A stretch of DNA of 64,000 bases from Bacillota bacterium (lineage in GTDB: Bacteria; Bacillota; JAAYKD01), in the NCBI GenBank assembly GCA_963666425.2, contig OY762825.2, positions 608,001 to 672,000 on the forward strand, read 5' to 3'. Of this stretch, positions 19,436-27,856 are shown piece by piece (positions within the stretch are counted from its first letter, which is position 1; each line of letters begins with the position of its first letter). The notes under the pieces were generated by a model that did no database searches, was not told the origin of the DNA, and saw only the letters and a program-made list of their open reading frames with translations. Made by a program: the position numbers and the translations under genes.

Positions 19436-19470
19436 GCGGCTTCTCCTCTCCTCAATGCAGTACAGATGTG

Positions 19471-19504
19471 AAAAAACGCCGCGTAAAAAGATACGCGGCG
19501 TAGC
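19471..19504 (-). terminator. Terminator after tRNA-Asn
   Basis: Minus strand ACGCCGCGTA-loop-TACGCGGCGT-TTTTT. Confidence 0.8.
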
Positions 19505-19510
19505 ATAAAC

Positions 19511-19585
19511 TGGCTCCACAAGTAGGATTCGAACCTACAACCTATCGGTTAACAGCCGATTGCTCTACCGTTGAGCTATTGTGGA
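19511..19585 (-). tRNA. tRNA-Asn (GTT)
   Basis: TCCACAATAGCTCAACGGTAGAGCAATCGGCTGTTAACCGATAGGTTGTAGGTTCGAATCCTACTTGTGGAGCCA: cloverleaf, GTT anticodon, TTCGAAT T-loop, encoded CCA. Confidence 0.98.
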
Positions 19586-19602
19586 ATGTCAAGAATACGT
19601 TT

Positions 19603-19631
19603 ATTTTAGCAGACGAAGAACCGCTTGTCAA
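19603..19631 (-). promoter_or_regulatory. sigmaA promoter of tRNA-Asn
   Basis: TTGACA-N17-TAAAAT with extended TG. Confidence 0.8.
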
Positions 19632-19696
19632 CGCAATCGAAATGTCTTTTCTGACAGGTTTCTTTCGTCGTTTGTCTTTGGCGAAAAACCTTGCTC

Positions 19697-20845
19697 TTAT
19701 CTGTCCGATTGTTCAAAGGTACCCCAGACAACCGGCTGTCCCTGATCGACCATGCAGCGGCCTTTTGCCCAAACCTGATGAATGTTCAGTTCCTGATCGG
19801 TTATCAAGAAATCAGCATCGGCCGCGACGGCGACACAGCCTTTCCTGCCGCTCAGACCAAAGAAGGCGGCCTGATTGACACCGAAAAAGTGCAGTGCCTG
19901 CGTCAGCGTCATGCCGGCAGCGACAAATGCTTTGAAGTTATCATAAACCGTGCCAATAGAGCCGACCCCGATACCGATATAATTGTTTTGCGCATCGAAG
20001 CGCGGCATCGAGCCGTTGCCATCGGAGCTGATGGTAATCTTGTCAATCGGAGCGCCTGCCGCGAGGACATACTGAACCGCTTCAATCGCTTTCTCACTGG
20101 CGGTAATGTCCATGTGACCACCCATTTTGGTGAAGCGCACCCCTTGATCCAAGAGCATACGGCTGCGCGCCATATGCGTTGGCAGCAGATTCTGAATTGG
20201 CAGATCGCAAACCTGCAAGAGATCAAACAGGGGTTGAATACCGGCTTGCCCCGGACCGACATGTAAATGGGTGATGCCGGCTTTGCCGCCGATTAAGCCG
20301 CCGACACGGGCTTCCATGGCCATGCGGCCCAATTCATTTAAGGTAGGATGCGCGGAGCGGTGATCGGAAATCGCCACTTTCACTCCGATCACTTTCTCAA
20401 TCAGAATAACATCATCCCGGACACTTTTAGTGATAGTAGGAGAAGGGATTTCATAGGAGCCGGTATAGCAGAAGGTGGTAATCCCCTCCGTTTCAAGCGC
20501 TTTCGCTTTGGTTATCAGAGATTCTACCGAGCGTGTGGTGCCATCGGTGCCTAAGACGCCAACAATCGTGGTCACACCATAGCGCGTGATCTGCGAAAGC
20601 GTAATCTCCGGTGTGCGGGTAGCCGGACCACCTTCGCCGCCGCCGCCTAAAATATGGACATGCCCATCGATCAAACCGGGCATCAGGAGCCGATCCTGAC
20701 AATTCACCACTTCCACTTTTCCCAGCCCCTGCGGAATTGGAATATGCGGAGCAATATGCGCAATGCGGCCGTCGGCAATCAGAATATCCTGGATGCCAAG
20801 ATCTTCCGGCGCGTAAATATGAGCCTGCTGAAGCACTGTTAACAT
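19697..20845 (-). CDS. iadA: Isoaspartyl dipeptidase (beta-aspartyl peptidase)
   Basis: PGLIDGHVHILGGGGEGG..TRTPE, LGTDG, YTGSY, SDHRS, PTH, SSDGNGS.P. Confidence 0.95.
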   Translation of the reverse strand: MLTVLQQAHIYAPEDLGIQDILIADGRIAHIAPHIPIPQGLGKVEVVNCQDRLLMPGLIDGHVHILGGGGEGGPATRTPEITLSQITRYGVTTIVGVLGTDGTTRSVESLITKAKALETEGITTFCYTGSYEIPSPTITKSVRDDVILIEKVIGVKVAISDHRSAHPTLNELGRMAMEARVGGLIGGKAGITHLHVGPGQAGIQPLFDLLQVCDLPIQNLLPTHMARSRMLLDQGVRFTKMGGHMDITASEKAIEAVQYVLAAGAPIDKITISSDGNGSMPRFDAQNNYIGIGVGSIGTVYDNFKAFVAAGMTLTQALHFFGVNQAAFFGLSGRKGCVAVAADADFLITDQELNIHQVWAKGRCMVDQGQPVVWGTFEQSDR

Positions 20846-20889
20846 TTTTTGAACTTCCTTCCCATCCGATTTTTCATATGTTGAAAATG

Positions 20890-20917
20890 GTTCGCTTTTC
20901 CGGTCTGGTACTCCTGC
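20890..20917 (-). promoter_or_regulatory. sigmaH-type promoter for iadA
   Basis: GCAGGA-N18-GAAC on the minus strand. Confidence 0.6.
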
Positions 20918-20947
20918 AAAAACGATTTTTAAAAACCGAATGATACT

Positions 20948-21424
20948 TCAATGCGTGCGTGTTTCGAGATAGCGCTGAATGGCTTTGATCAAAGGCACCC
21001 CGAGCAGCAGTACCACCACGGCTTCCGACACAGCGATATAAAGCGCCGTGCTCCAATAGGGTAAATCATTTAAATAAGCAATATAACCGGCCACAATAAT
21101 CCCGTTGAACAGCACCGGCATGGCGGCAGCCAACCAAAAATGTTTGCGGAAGTAACGGCTGCAGAGTGCTGCCAGGATGGTTGCGAGAGTGCCCAAGACC
21201 CAGTCCCAGGCGCCAAACGGACTGGCAAGATTAGCTAAAAAGCAGCCCAAACTGACACCAACCACACTTTCCGGCAGCAGAATCGGCAGCAGGGTCAGCG
21301 CTTCTGAGGCGCGGAACTGCAGCGGTCCAAAAGAGAACGGCTGCAGGGCGAGCGCCGCTACGGCATACAGAGCGGCAATCATGGCCATTAAAGCCAGCGA
21401 ACGCAGAGGAGTTTTCATTTTCAC
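20948..21424 (-). CDS. queT: QueT-family queuosine precursor transporter (ECF S-component-like)
   Basis: AMIAALY, SFGPLQFRASEAL, GCFLANL.SPFG..D; preceded by a preQ1 riboswitch. Start GTG 21424 or ATG 21418. Confidence 0.92.
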   Translation of the reverse strand: MKMKTPLRSLALMAMIAALYAVAALALQPFSFGPLQFRASEALTLLPILLPESVVGVSLGCFLANLASPFGAWDWVLGTLATILAALCSRYFRKHFWLAAAMPVLFNGIIVAGYIAYLNDLPYWSTALYIAVSEAVVVLLLGVPLIKAIQRYLETRTH

Positions 21425-21453
21425 AAAATAACACACCTTTCTGCTATGTACAC

Positions 21454-21540
21454 GAAAAAAGAGGCCAATGGCCCCTTGTACTGCTTTTAGGCAGCGGTCC
21501 ATAGTTTTGTTTTACGGCAGGCGGATTTCGAACTGCCGGT
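21454..21540 (-). ncRNA. preQ1-I riboswitch with terminator expression platform
   Basis: Minus strand CGGCAG-TTCGAAATCCGC-CTGCCG-TAAAACAAAACTATGG (stem, GUUCG loop, A-rich tail), then GGGGCCATTGGCCTC-TTTTTT terminator; upstream of queT. Confidence 0.9.
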
Positions 21541-21569
21541 ATAAAGGCATTACTGCCTTGTTTGTAGCC

Positions 21570-21598
21570 AGTATAGCAGAGCGGCTGCCGGAATACAA
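21570..21598 (-). promoter_or_regulatory. sigmaA promoter for preQ1-queT
   Basis: TTGTAT-N17-TATACT with extended TG. Confidence 0.65.
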
Positions 21599-21656
21599 CC
21601 GGTGTTTTCGCTGCTGACGGATTGATACAGATTTACAGAAAATCAATCAGCGAAAC

Positions 21657-21684
21657 AAAGGATTTGCTGTTTGTTCTGTCGAAA
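21657..21684 (+). promoter_or_regulatory. sigmaH-type promoter for the exonuclease gene
   Basis: AAAGGATTT...TGTCGAAA; AGGA-N18-GAAA. Confidence 0.6.
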
Positions 21685-21721
21685 ATCAGAAAAAAATAAG
21701 AAAATTGTGGTGATCATTTTG

Positions 21722-22459
21722 TTGTATCCTGCGAAAAATCAAATAAAAAACCCTCTGCTGCTGGCTCAATACAAGCAGTACTGCATCGTCGATATCGAAA
21801 CCAGCGGTCTGGATCCCGCCAAAGCAGAAATCGTGGAACTGGCCTGCAGTATTGTGTCCGGTGCCAAGATCATCGGAGATTTCAGTGTCTTGCTGCAGCC
21901 CTCTCAACCCATGTCAGAAGAAGTGATCGCCATCCATGGCATTCGCAACGAAGACGTGGAATCTGCTTTTTCTCCGGCAGACGCTTTGGCAAGATTTGAA
22001 TTCTATATCGGCGATCTGCCATTGGTGGCGCACAATGCCAATTTTGACTTCACTTTTATCCAAACTGCTCTGGGTTATCCCCTGCCGAATGCACTCTTCG
22101 ATTCGATTGCCTTGGCGCAGCAGCTGCTGCCCGCACAGCCGCGTTACAGCGTTACCGCTCTTTGCGCTTATTTTGATATCGTCAATGAGCAGGCGCATCG
22201 GGCGCTTTCGGACTGCCACGCGACGGCGGAAATTGTAATTCGCCTGCTGCAGCGTTATGCGGACGGCGCCATAGCCGAACCGCTCAAACTGTATAAGGTA
22301 GTGGAACCGAATACTTATCAGATTCGTGCGCAGCTGAAAGCAGCCGGTTTTCGCTGGTATCAAGAGCAGCGCTGCTGGGGAGTCGAACAGCCGCAGCAGA
22401 CAGAGCAGCCGCAGGAAATCATGATTCAGGGTTTCCTCTGCCGCTTGCTGGAAACATAG
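21722..22459 (+). CDS. DEDDh 3'-5' exonuclease (DnaQ/PolC-exo-like) with short C-terminal domain
   Basis: VDIETSGL, IHGI, VAHNANFD, HRALSD. Start approximate (TTG 21719 or 21722). Confidence 0.88.
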   Translation: MYPAKNQIKNPLLLAQYKQYCIVDIETSGLDPAKAEIVELACSIVSGAKIIGDFSVLLQPSQPMSEEVIAIHGIRNEDVESAFSPADALARFEFYIGDLPLVAHNANFDFTFIQTALGYPLPNALFDSIALAQQLLPAQPRYSVTALCAYFDIVNEQAHRALSDCHATAEIVIRLLQRYADGAIAEPLKLYKVVEPNTYQIRAQLKAAGFRWYQEQRCWGVEQPQQTEQPQEIMIQGFLCRLLET

Positions 22460-22511
22460 GACAGCAAGCGTTTTTAAAAACCTACCACAGCGGTCGTCTT
22501 CTCCACCCGCT

Positions 22512-23048
22512 TCAGGCGTTTGTCAGGTAATCGCAGGCGGCCAGAATACCCAGCCAGGTTTTGCTGTCCTGACGGATCGCTGGATTTTGCCGGGCTTCGG
22601 CCAGCGGCAGCTTAACCAGATCCAATATCTCATCCTCATCGCAGGGCAGCGGATCGGCTGTTAATTCGCGTGCCAGAAAGAAATAAAAGAGTTCGCTGCA
22701 ATAACCGGGTGAGACATAACTGGCAGCCAACAGCAGCAGATTATCGCTGCGCAGACCGGTTTCTTCCCTGATTTCACGCTGGGCTGCCGTTTGTGGCGAT
22801 TCTCCCGCTTCCATCACGCCGGCAGGCAATTCCAGCATAATCTGTTCGGTTCCGGCGCGCCATTGTCTAACCAGCAGGACATTGCCCTCGGCATCGATGG
22901 GGATGAGCACCACTGCCGGTCCTTTTTCTACGACGGACCGCTCGTAGCGATGCCCCCGCGCATCCTCGACTGTTTTCTGTTCCACGCGAAAAATCGCTGT
23001 CTGCAGCTGCGTCTTGGTTGCTAAGACAGTGCAATTCAGTGAATCCAT
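22512..23048 (-). CDS. nudF: NUDIX hydrolase, ADP-ribose pyrophosphatase-like
   Basis: ELPAG...GE...AAQREIREETG Nudix box, SPGY..E, DEDE; AGGAGG RBS. Confidence 0.85.
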   Translation of the reverse strand: MDSLNCTVLATKTQLQTAIFRVEQKTVEDARGHRYERSVVEKGPAVVLIPIDAEGNVLLVRQWRAGTEQIMLELPAGVMEAGESPQTAAQREIREETGLRSDNLLLLAASYVSPGYCSELFYFFLARELTADPLPCDEDEILDLVKLPLAEARQNPAIRQDSKTWLGILAACDYLTNA

Positions 23049-23108
23049 TTTCTCCTCCTATGCGAAAAGAAGTTGTCACCGACCAGCGGCAGCAACCTCT
23101 TTTTATGC

Positions 23109-24293
23109 TTATTTCAAATTTAGTTTTTGGATGCCTGCTTGCAGACGTTCCACCGCTTCTTCCACCAACTGATGTGGACAGGCTACATTGACTCGAATAA
23201 AACCTTCGCCGCCCTCGCCAAAGGTAGTGCCATCATTAAAGACCAGCTGCAGATCTTCCAGCAGCCACTTCATTAAGTCCGGCTGACTCTTTTTTAAGCC
23301 GCGGCAGTCGATCCATAAGAGATAGGTACCTTCCGGCATCACACATTTGAGTGGAGCGCAGCGGGTATTGATTGCCTGAACCATGTAGGTCAGATTGGCG
23401 TCGATGTGTGCGTTCATTTGATCCAGCCATTCCACACCATCGGTATAACAAGCTTCCAGAGCAAGTTTTCCCATGTAGTTGCCGCCGGCGCGGCCGATAC
23501 GGAATTTTTTATATTTCTCTCGGAGTTCCGCATTGGGAATCACAATGTAGGAAGTCCGCAAGCCAGCCAGATTGAAGGTTTTGGAACCGGCAAACATGAC
23601 TGCCATGCGCTGTTCAATTTCCGGACCCAAAGTGCCGACGGTATGATGTGTCACACCGCTGCGGAGAATGTCAAAGTGAATCTCATCAGAGATCAGATAA
23701 CAATCGTGTTCCAGCAGAATTGAAGTCAGCTTTTGCAGCTCCTCTAAAGACCAGACGCGGCCGGTTGCATTATGCGGAGAGCAGAGTAAAAATACTTTTG
23801 GTTTGGGCTGAGCAGTTAAAAACAGGCTCTGCAGTTGTTCAAAATCCATTTCATAGCGTTCACCGTTAAACTTGAGCGGATTTAAAACAATATTGCAGCC
23901 GCTGTTTTTGGTATTGGAATAAAAAGGCGGATAAACCGGATTCTGAATAATCACGGAATCGCCGGGCTTGGTCATCACCGACAAAGCGCTGAAGCAGCCA
24001 TCCATCACGCCGCTGTTAAAATCAATCCAGTCGGCTTCCACCTGCCAGCCAAAGCGGCTGCTAAGCCAGTTTTGTATGGCCGGGATCAGGCTTTTTCTGT
24101 CCGTGCTGTAACCGTAAGCCCCGTGTTCAACATAGGCTTTCAAAGCGTCGATGGCAGGCTGGCAGGTAGCAAAATCACTGTCGGCCACCGGCATCGGCAG
24201 CAAATCTCCCTTTTGATAAGGCCGGTTGTTCTTATTCCATTTTGAGGAATTCCAGGGACGACGATCCAAAAATTGATTAAAATCGTATTTCAT
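23109..24293 (-). CDS. patB: PLP-dependent C-S lyase, PatB/MalY family
   Basis: SSKW, PMPVADSDF, PVYPPF, CSPHN.TGRVW, SDEIH, SKTFNLAG, EGTYLLW.D. Confidence 0.9.
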   Translation of the reverse strand: MKYDFNQFLDRRPWNSSKWNKNNRPYQKGDLLPMPVADSDFATCQPAIDALKAYVEHGAYGYSTDRKSLIPAIQNWLSSRFGWQVEADWIDFNSGVMDGCFSALSVMTKPGDSVIIQNPVYPPFYSNTKNSGCNIVLNPLKFNGERYEMDFEQLQSLFLTAQPKPKVFLLCSPHNATGRVWSLEELQKLTSILLEHDCYLISDEIHFDILRSGVTHHTVGTLGPEIEQRMAVMFAGSKTFNLAGLRTSYIVIPNAELREKYKKFRIGRAGGNYMGKLALEACYTDGVEWLDQMNAHIDANLTYMVQAINTRCAPLKCVMPEGTYLLWIDCRGLKKSQPDLMKWLLEDLQLVFNDGTTFGEGGEGFIRVNVACPHQLVEEAVERLQAGIQKLNLK

Positions 24294-24386
24294 AACAGGA
24301 ACCTCCGCTCATAAAATTAACTGAATCCTGCACTAATTACTTCAAAGCAGTTCGATCTTCCTGCCTGATAAAAAAAGTGACAAGAT

Positions 24387-25238
24387 TCAGCAAGAAGCCG
24401 CGAATTGCCCTACTTTTTCTCCCATCCGAATTTCATCGCCAATTTTCAGACTGTCCGAAAAAGAAATCATCCCCGGTTCAAAGAGCAGGATCACCGTAGA
24501 GCCGAAGTCAAACCAACCAACCTCTTGACCTTTGCCAAAGCATTGAGCAGAAAATCGCCTGGCTTCGATGCTCTTTCCTGTTTGCTTCTGCGAAGCGGTA
24601 TCGACAGCCATCCGGACCGAGCCGACCTGGCAGGAACCAACCATAATCAATGCGGCAGCACCGGCAGCGGTCTGCAGATAAGCAATTTCTCTGGCGTTGC
24701 GGCAGTAAAGACTCTCAATTCTCTGCCGGCTGAAGAGATTGACCGGGTATCTTAAGCCGTCGATCCGGCAAGTTTCTGCAATTTCACAGTCAAACGGAGC
24801 GTGGACATGATGATATTTTCCGGGCGACATATAGATGGTCAGATACTGACCGTTCAGAAAACGTTGGCTGTTTTGCCTGGAAGCCAGCAGTCTCTGTAAA
24901 GAATAACGCTTGCCTTTGACTTGCAGCAGGGTGTTTTGACGGATCTTACCCATGGCAATGACGCAGCCATCCGCCGGGCTGACAATGGCTGCCTGACTGG
25001 AACAAATTTCCCTGGCGCCCTCGCGCAAGCGGCGCAGGAAGAATTCACGGATGGAATGGTAACTGCCGAGCGGCTGCTCTGTTTCCTGTTGGTTAACTTG
25101 GAAAATCAGGCAAAACAGGGGAATAAAGTGTCTGCTGACCGGTAAAGAATAAAGGAATCGAACCAATTTCGATACGATCGGGTGAGACACGACCCAAAGC
25201 GAAAGATTTTCTATTTGAGTCCTGATGCTTTTTGGCAT
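24387..25238 (-). CDS. psd: Phosphatidylserine decarboxylase proenzyme
   Basis: FFLRRL, VSPADG, QVKG..YS, YMSP..YH.VH.P, autocleavage FGSTV. Confidence 0.9.
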   Translation of the reverse strand: MPKSIRTQIENLSLWVVSHPIVSKLVRFLYSLPVSRHFIPLFCLIFQVNQQETEQPLGSYHSIREFFLRRLREGAREICSSQAAIVSPADGCVIAMGKIRQNTLLQVKGKRYSLQRLLASRQNSQRFLNGQYLTIYMSPGKYHHVHAPFDCEIAETCRIDGLRYPVNLFSRQRIESLYCRNAREIAYLQTAAGAAALIMVGSCQVGSVRMAVDTASQKQTGKSIEARRFSAQCFGKGQEVGWFDFGSTVILLFEPGMISFSDSLKIGDEIRMGEKVGQFAASC

Positions 25239-25273
25239 GGCTCACACTCCTTGAGTAAATTAAAGCCGCAGAC

Positions 25274-25723
25274 TCACTGTCTGCCGTAATAGCGTAAAGC
25301 AAAATTACCGATTTGACCATAGAGACCGTTATGACTTTGCTGGGTCAGATATTCCAACTGCTGGATATCCGTCATCCGCCATAAACAGTTATACATATGA
25401 TAGAATTGAGCTTTGACCAATTCGCTCATGCGATGTTCCAAATCACTGCGCTGTCCGCTGCTTAAACCGGCATATTCACTGACTAACTGCAGGCAGGCGT
25501 ACATCGTGCTTTCGGACATCACTTCAATCGGCTCCGTGGCGGTTGTATTGCGGGGAGTGCGCACCTCACGGCGTTGGTGTTGTCTCTTTGCTTCGCGTTC
25601 CAAATCATCATCGTTGCCAGAGGAATTAAAATTACGCGACTGGTTCATCGTACGATTTTGTTTGTTTTTCTGCATCAGTTTATTACCAACAACGGCAAGT
25701 ATAATCAGACCTATGATATCCAT
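25274..25723 (-). CDS. Hypothetical protein with N-terminal membrane anchor
   Basis: 149 aa ORF filling the gap, co-oriented with psd; short hydrophobic N-terminus followed by a basic stretch. Confidence 0.55.
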   Translation of the reverse strand: MDIIGLIILAVVGNKLMQKNKQNRTMNQSRNFNSSGNDDDLEREAKRQHQRREVRTPRNTTATEPIEVMSESTMYACLQLVSEYAGLSSGQRSDLEHRMSELVKAQFYHMYNCLWRMTDIQQLEYLTQQSHNGLYGQIGNFALRYYGRQ

Positions 25724-25992
25724 CCCATGCCAAAGCTTTCATTGGAAAACTTCAGCCTCACCGCCTTCCGGATTGTTTTGTTAACGTATATCATACCATA
25801 AATTTCACTTTATGCAACAGATTTCCTGGTAAATCGATGTAAATTTAAGCATAACCTCCCATTCGAAACAGCAAAACACGCCAGCGAAGCGCCTTGCTGC
25901 TCCTATCAATCAGGCACTTGACAGAAAGTTGAAAATGAGTGACAATCGGACCAGAGATATCAATTGACCAGCGGTCGGAAAGGTGGTTTGCG

Positions 25993-26760
25993 ATGGATCA
26001 GTGGCCGTCCCGTTTTCAGTTGCCCATGTTGGCCGGAGAGTTACTATTAGTCAACGGCGCTGAGATTTTCCGGGTGGAGCAAACAATGGAACGTATGGCT
26101 TATGCCATGGGGGCCGAACGCGCGGATACCTTGGTTGTCTTATCCGGCATTCAAGCCAGCTTTACCGTACGCAATCAGGTCTATACCTATGTCCGCCGCG
26201 TGCGCAGCCGTCGGACCGGTTTGCGCATCATCATCGAAATCAATTCGATCTCCCGCCGTTTTTGCAGTGATGAGATTACTTTTGACGAAGCCGAAGCAAG
26301 TCTGCAAAAGCTGGCCATCGCTCCGACCCATCGTTCTCCCTTGCGTAAGGCGTTGGCTTCTGCGTTTGGCACGCTCTCGTTTTCGATCTTATTCCAACTG
26401 CGCGATCCCCTCTCCTTGTGCTACGCCACGATCAATGGTTTTCTGGCCAGTTACCTGACCGATCTCTTTGCTTACTGGCATCTGCCGGATTTTATCTCGA
26501 CTTACTGCACCAGTTTCTGCCTGACCGTCCTGACCTTCCTCTACCCTGCCTTGAGCAGCGGCGACATAGACCGTGTCTTATTGGCAGCCTTGATTTTTTT
26601 GCTGCCCGGCGTACCGCTTACCATCAGTATTCGTGAATTGACGAACGGCGATCTGCTCTCCGGCACAACACGCTTGACAGAAGCTGTAATCACCCTGATT
26701 ACCATAGCAGCCGGCGTCTATACCGTCTTCACGCTGTTCTCCTGGAGGTTGCCGGTATGA
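25993..26760 (+). CDS. ThrE-family (YjjP-like) exporter, large subunit
   Basis: AGELLL.NGAEIFRVE.T..R, NSISR, LLPGVPLT.SIREL..GDLLSG..R. ATG 25993 after AAGGTGG; TTGACA-N17-GACAAT at 25918-25946. Confidence 0.88.
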   Translation: MDQWPSRFQLPMLAGELLLVNGAEIFRVEQTMERMAYAMGAERADTLVVLSGIQASFTVRNQVYTYVRRVRSRRTGLRIIIEINSISRRFCSDEITFDEAEASLQKLAIAPTHRSPLRKALASAFGTLSFSILFQLRDPLSLCYATINGFLASYLTDLFAYWHLPDFISTYCTSFCLTVLTFLYPALSSGDIDRVLLAALIFLLPGVPLTISIRELTNGDLLSGTTRLTEAVITLITIAAGVYTVFTLFSWRLPV

Positions 26761-27203
26761 TTTACGACTTTCTCTTTTCTTTTACCGCAGTGATTTGCTA
26801 TGCTTATCTTTTTGATGTCCCGCGGCGTCCAACCATCATAGCAGCATTCAGCGGTTCGCTTGCCTGGGTGATTACCCAGGTATGGCTGGCTGATTCTATC
26901 TTTGGTACCTTCCTGGCAGCTTTTCTGATTGCCGCTGTCGCCTATCTGCTGGCGCCTCGCCTGCATGTTCCGGTCACTTCGATGACAATACCCGGCATTA
27001 TTGTTCTGGTCCCGGGCACAATCGCTTACAGAGCTTTGCGCGCCATGATCGACGGCGATTACATTTCCTCCATTATGGGCATCATTTCGGTAGCCGCCAT
27101 CACCTTTTCCATTGCAGGGGGTTTGAGCACAGCCGAGCTGATCATGCTGCGGTTCAATCGTCTGATACAAAAATGGCAGCAAAACCGAAAAAAAGGCAAG
27201 TAA
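26757..27203 (+). CDS. ThrE_2-family (YjjB-like) exporter, small subunit
   Basis: F.VP, PGII.LVPG...Y; ATGA overlap with the previous gene. Confidence 0.85.
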   Translation: MIYDFLFSFTAVICYAYLFDVPRRPTIIAAFSGSLAWVITQVWLADSIFGTFLAAFLIAAVAYLLAPRLHVPVTSMTIPGIIVLVPGTIAYRALRAMIDGDYISSIMGIISVAAITFSIAGGLSTAELIMLRFNRLIQKWQQNRKKGK

Positions 27204-27229
27204 AATAGATCATTTCTTCTGCTGAAAAC

Positions 27230-27282
27230 AAAAAAACTCTCCCCGGCTTTGGCTGCGTACGCCAGGCGGAGGAGGTTTTTTT
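27230..27282. terminator. Bidirectional terminator
   Basis: AAAAAACTCTCC...GGAGGAGGTTTTTTT imperfect hairpin between convergent genes. Confidence 0.65.
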
Positions 27283-27287
27283 CATTG

Positions 27288-27791
27288 TTAATCTGCCATC
27301 AGGTTGATGCGGTAGCGGATTTCCCGCACGGGAGTTCCGATCACAGCTTCTTTCGTGCTGCCATCCGGCCGGAAGCCAGCCTTTTCATAGAAATGAATCG
27401 CAGTTTGATTGCTGTCCAAAACCCAAAGCATCACGGAGTGAAATCCCATTTCCTGCAGCGCTTGCAGCGCAGCCTGCATCAGTGCCTTACCCAAACCTTT
27501 TCGCTGCGCAGAGCGCAGCAGATAGAGCCCGCCAACTTCACCATAACCTTCTGGTAAGTCCGTATCGCGCGTTTTGCCGTAGCGGGCAAAACCAACCGGT
27601 TTGCCATCCAACTCGGCAATCAGTACATTTTCAATACCCTGCCGTTCGGCGGCGGCGATACTTTTCGCCTCACTGCGGCGATCGAGATAATCCTGATCGA
27701 TCAGGCCGGTATAAGTTTCTGTCCACGCCTGAAAATGGATTTGACCCAAAGCAAGTAGATCCGCCGCTTGGGCCGGTCTGATCTGCTCCAT
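27288..27791 (-). CDS. GNAT N-acetyltransferase
   Basis: AW.ETY.GL, LYL...QRKGLGKAL, LWVL.SN..AI.FYEKAGF. ATG 27791 with AGGAGGT RBS. Confidence 0.9.
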   Translation of the reverse strand: MEQIRPAQAADLLALGQIHFQAWTETYTGLIDQDYLDRRSEAKSIAAAERQGIENVLIAELDGKPVGFARYGKTRDTDLPEGYGEVGGLYLLRSAQRKGLGKALMQAALQALQEMGFHSVMLWVLDSNQTAIHFYEKAGFRPDGSTKEAVIGTPVREIRYRINLMAD

Positions 27792-27856
27792 CCCTTTTAC
27801 CTCCTTTTTTAGTAAGCAGGGATATCTCGGTTCGCGAGACATCCCTGCTTGTTGTT

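Noticed and set aside
19511-19585. tRNA-Asn as an integration site for an island carrying the methylase, MFS and vanZ
   Set aside because: No integrase and no duplicated tRNA 3' end found by eye; composition resembles the backbone.
24337-24364. sigmaH-type promoter upstream of patB
   Set aside because: GCAGGA is present but N18 leads to GTAA and GAA is at N15; not counted among the 11 sites.
25715-25745. Possible frameshift extending the 149-aa ORF to an upstream ATG (MKALAW...)
   Set aside because: It would add only about 6 residues and cannot be supported without homologs.
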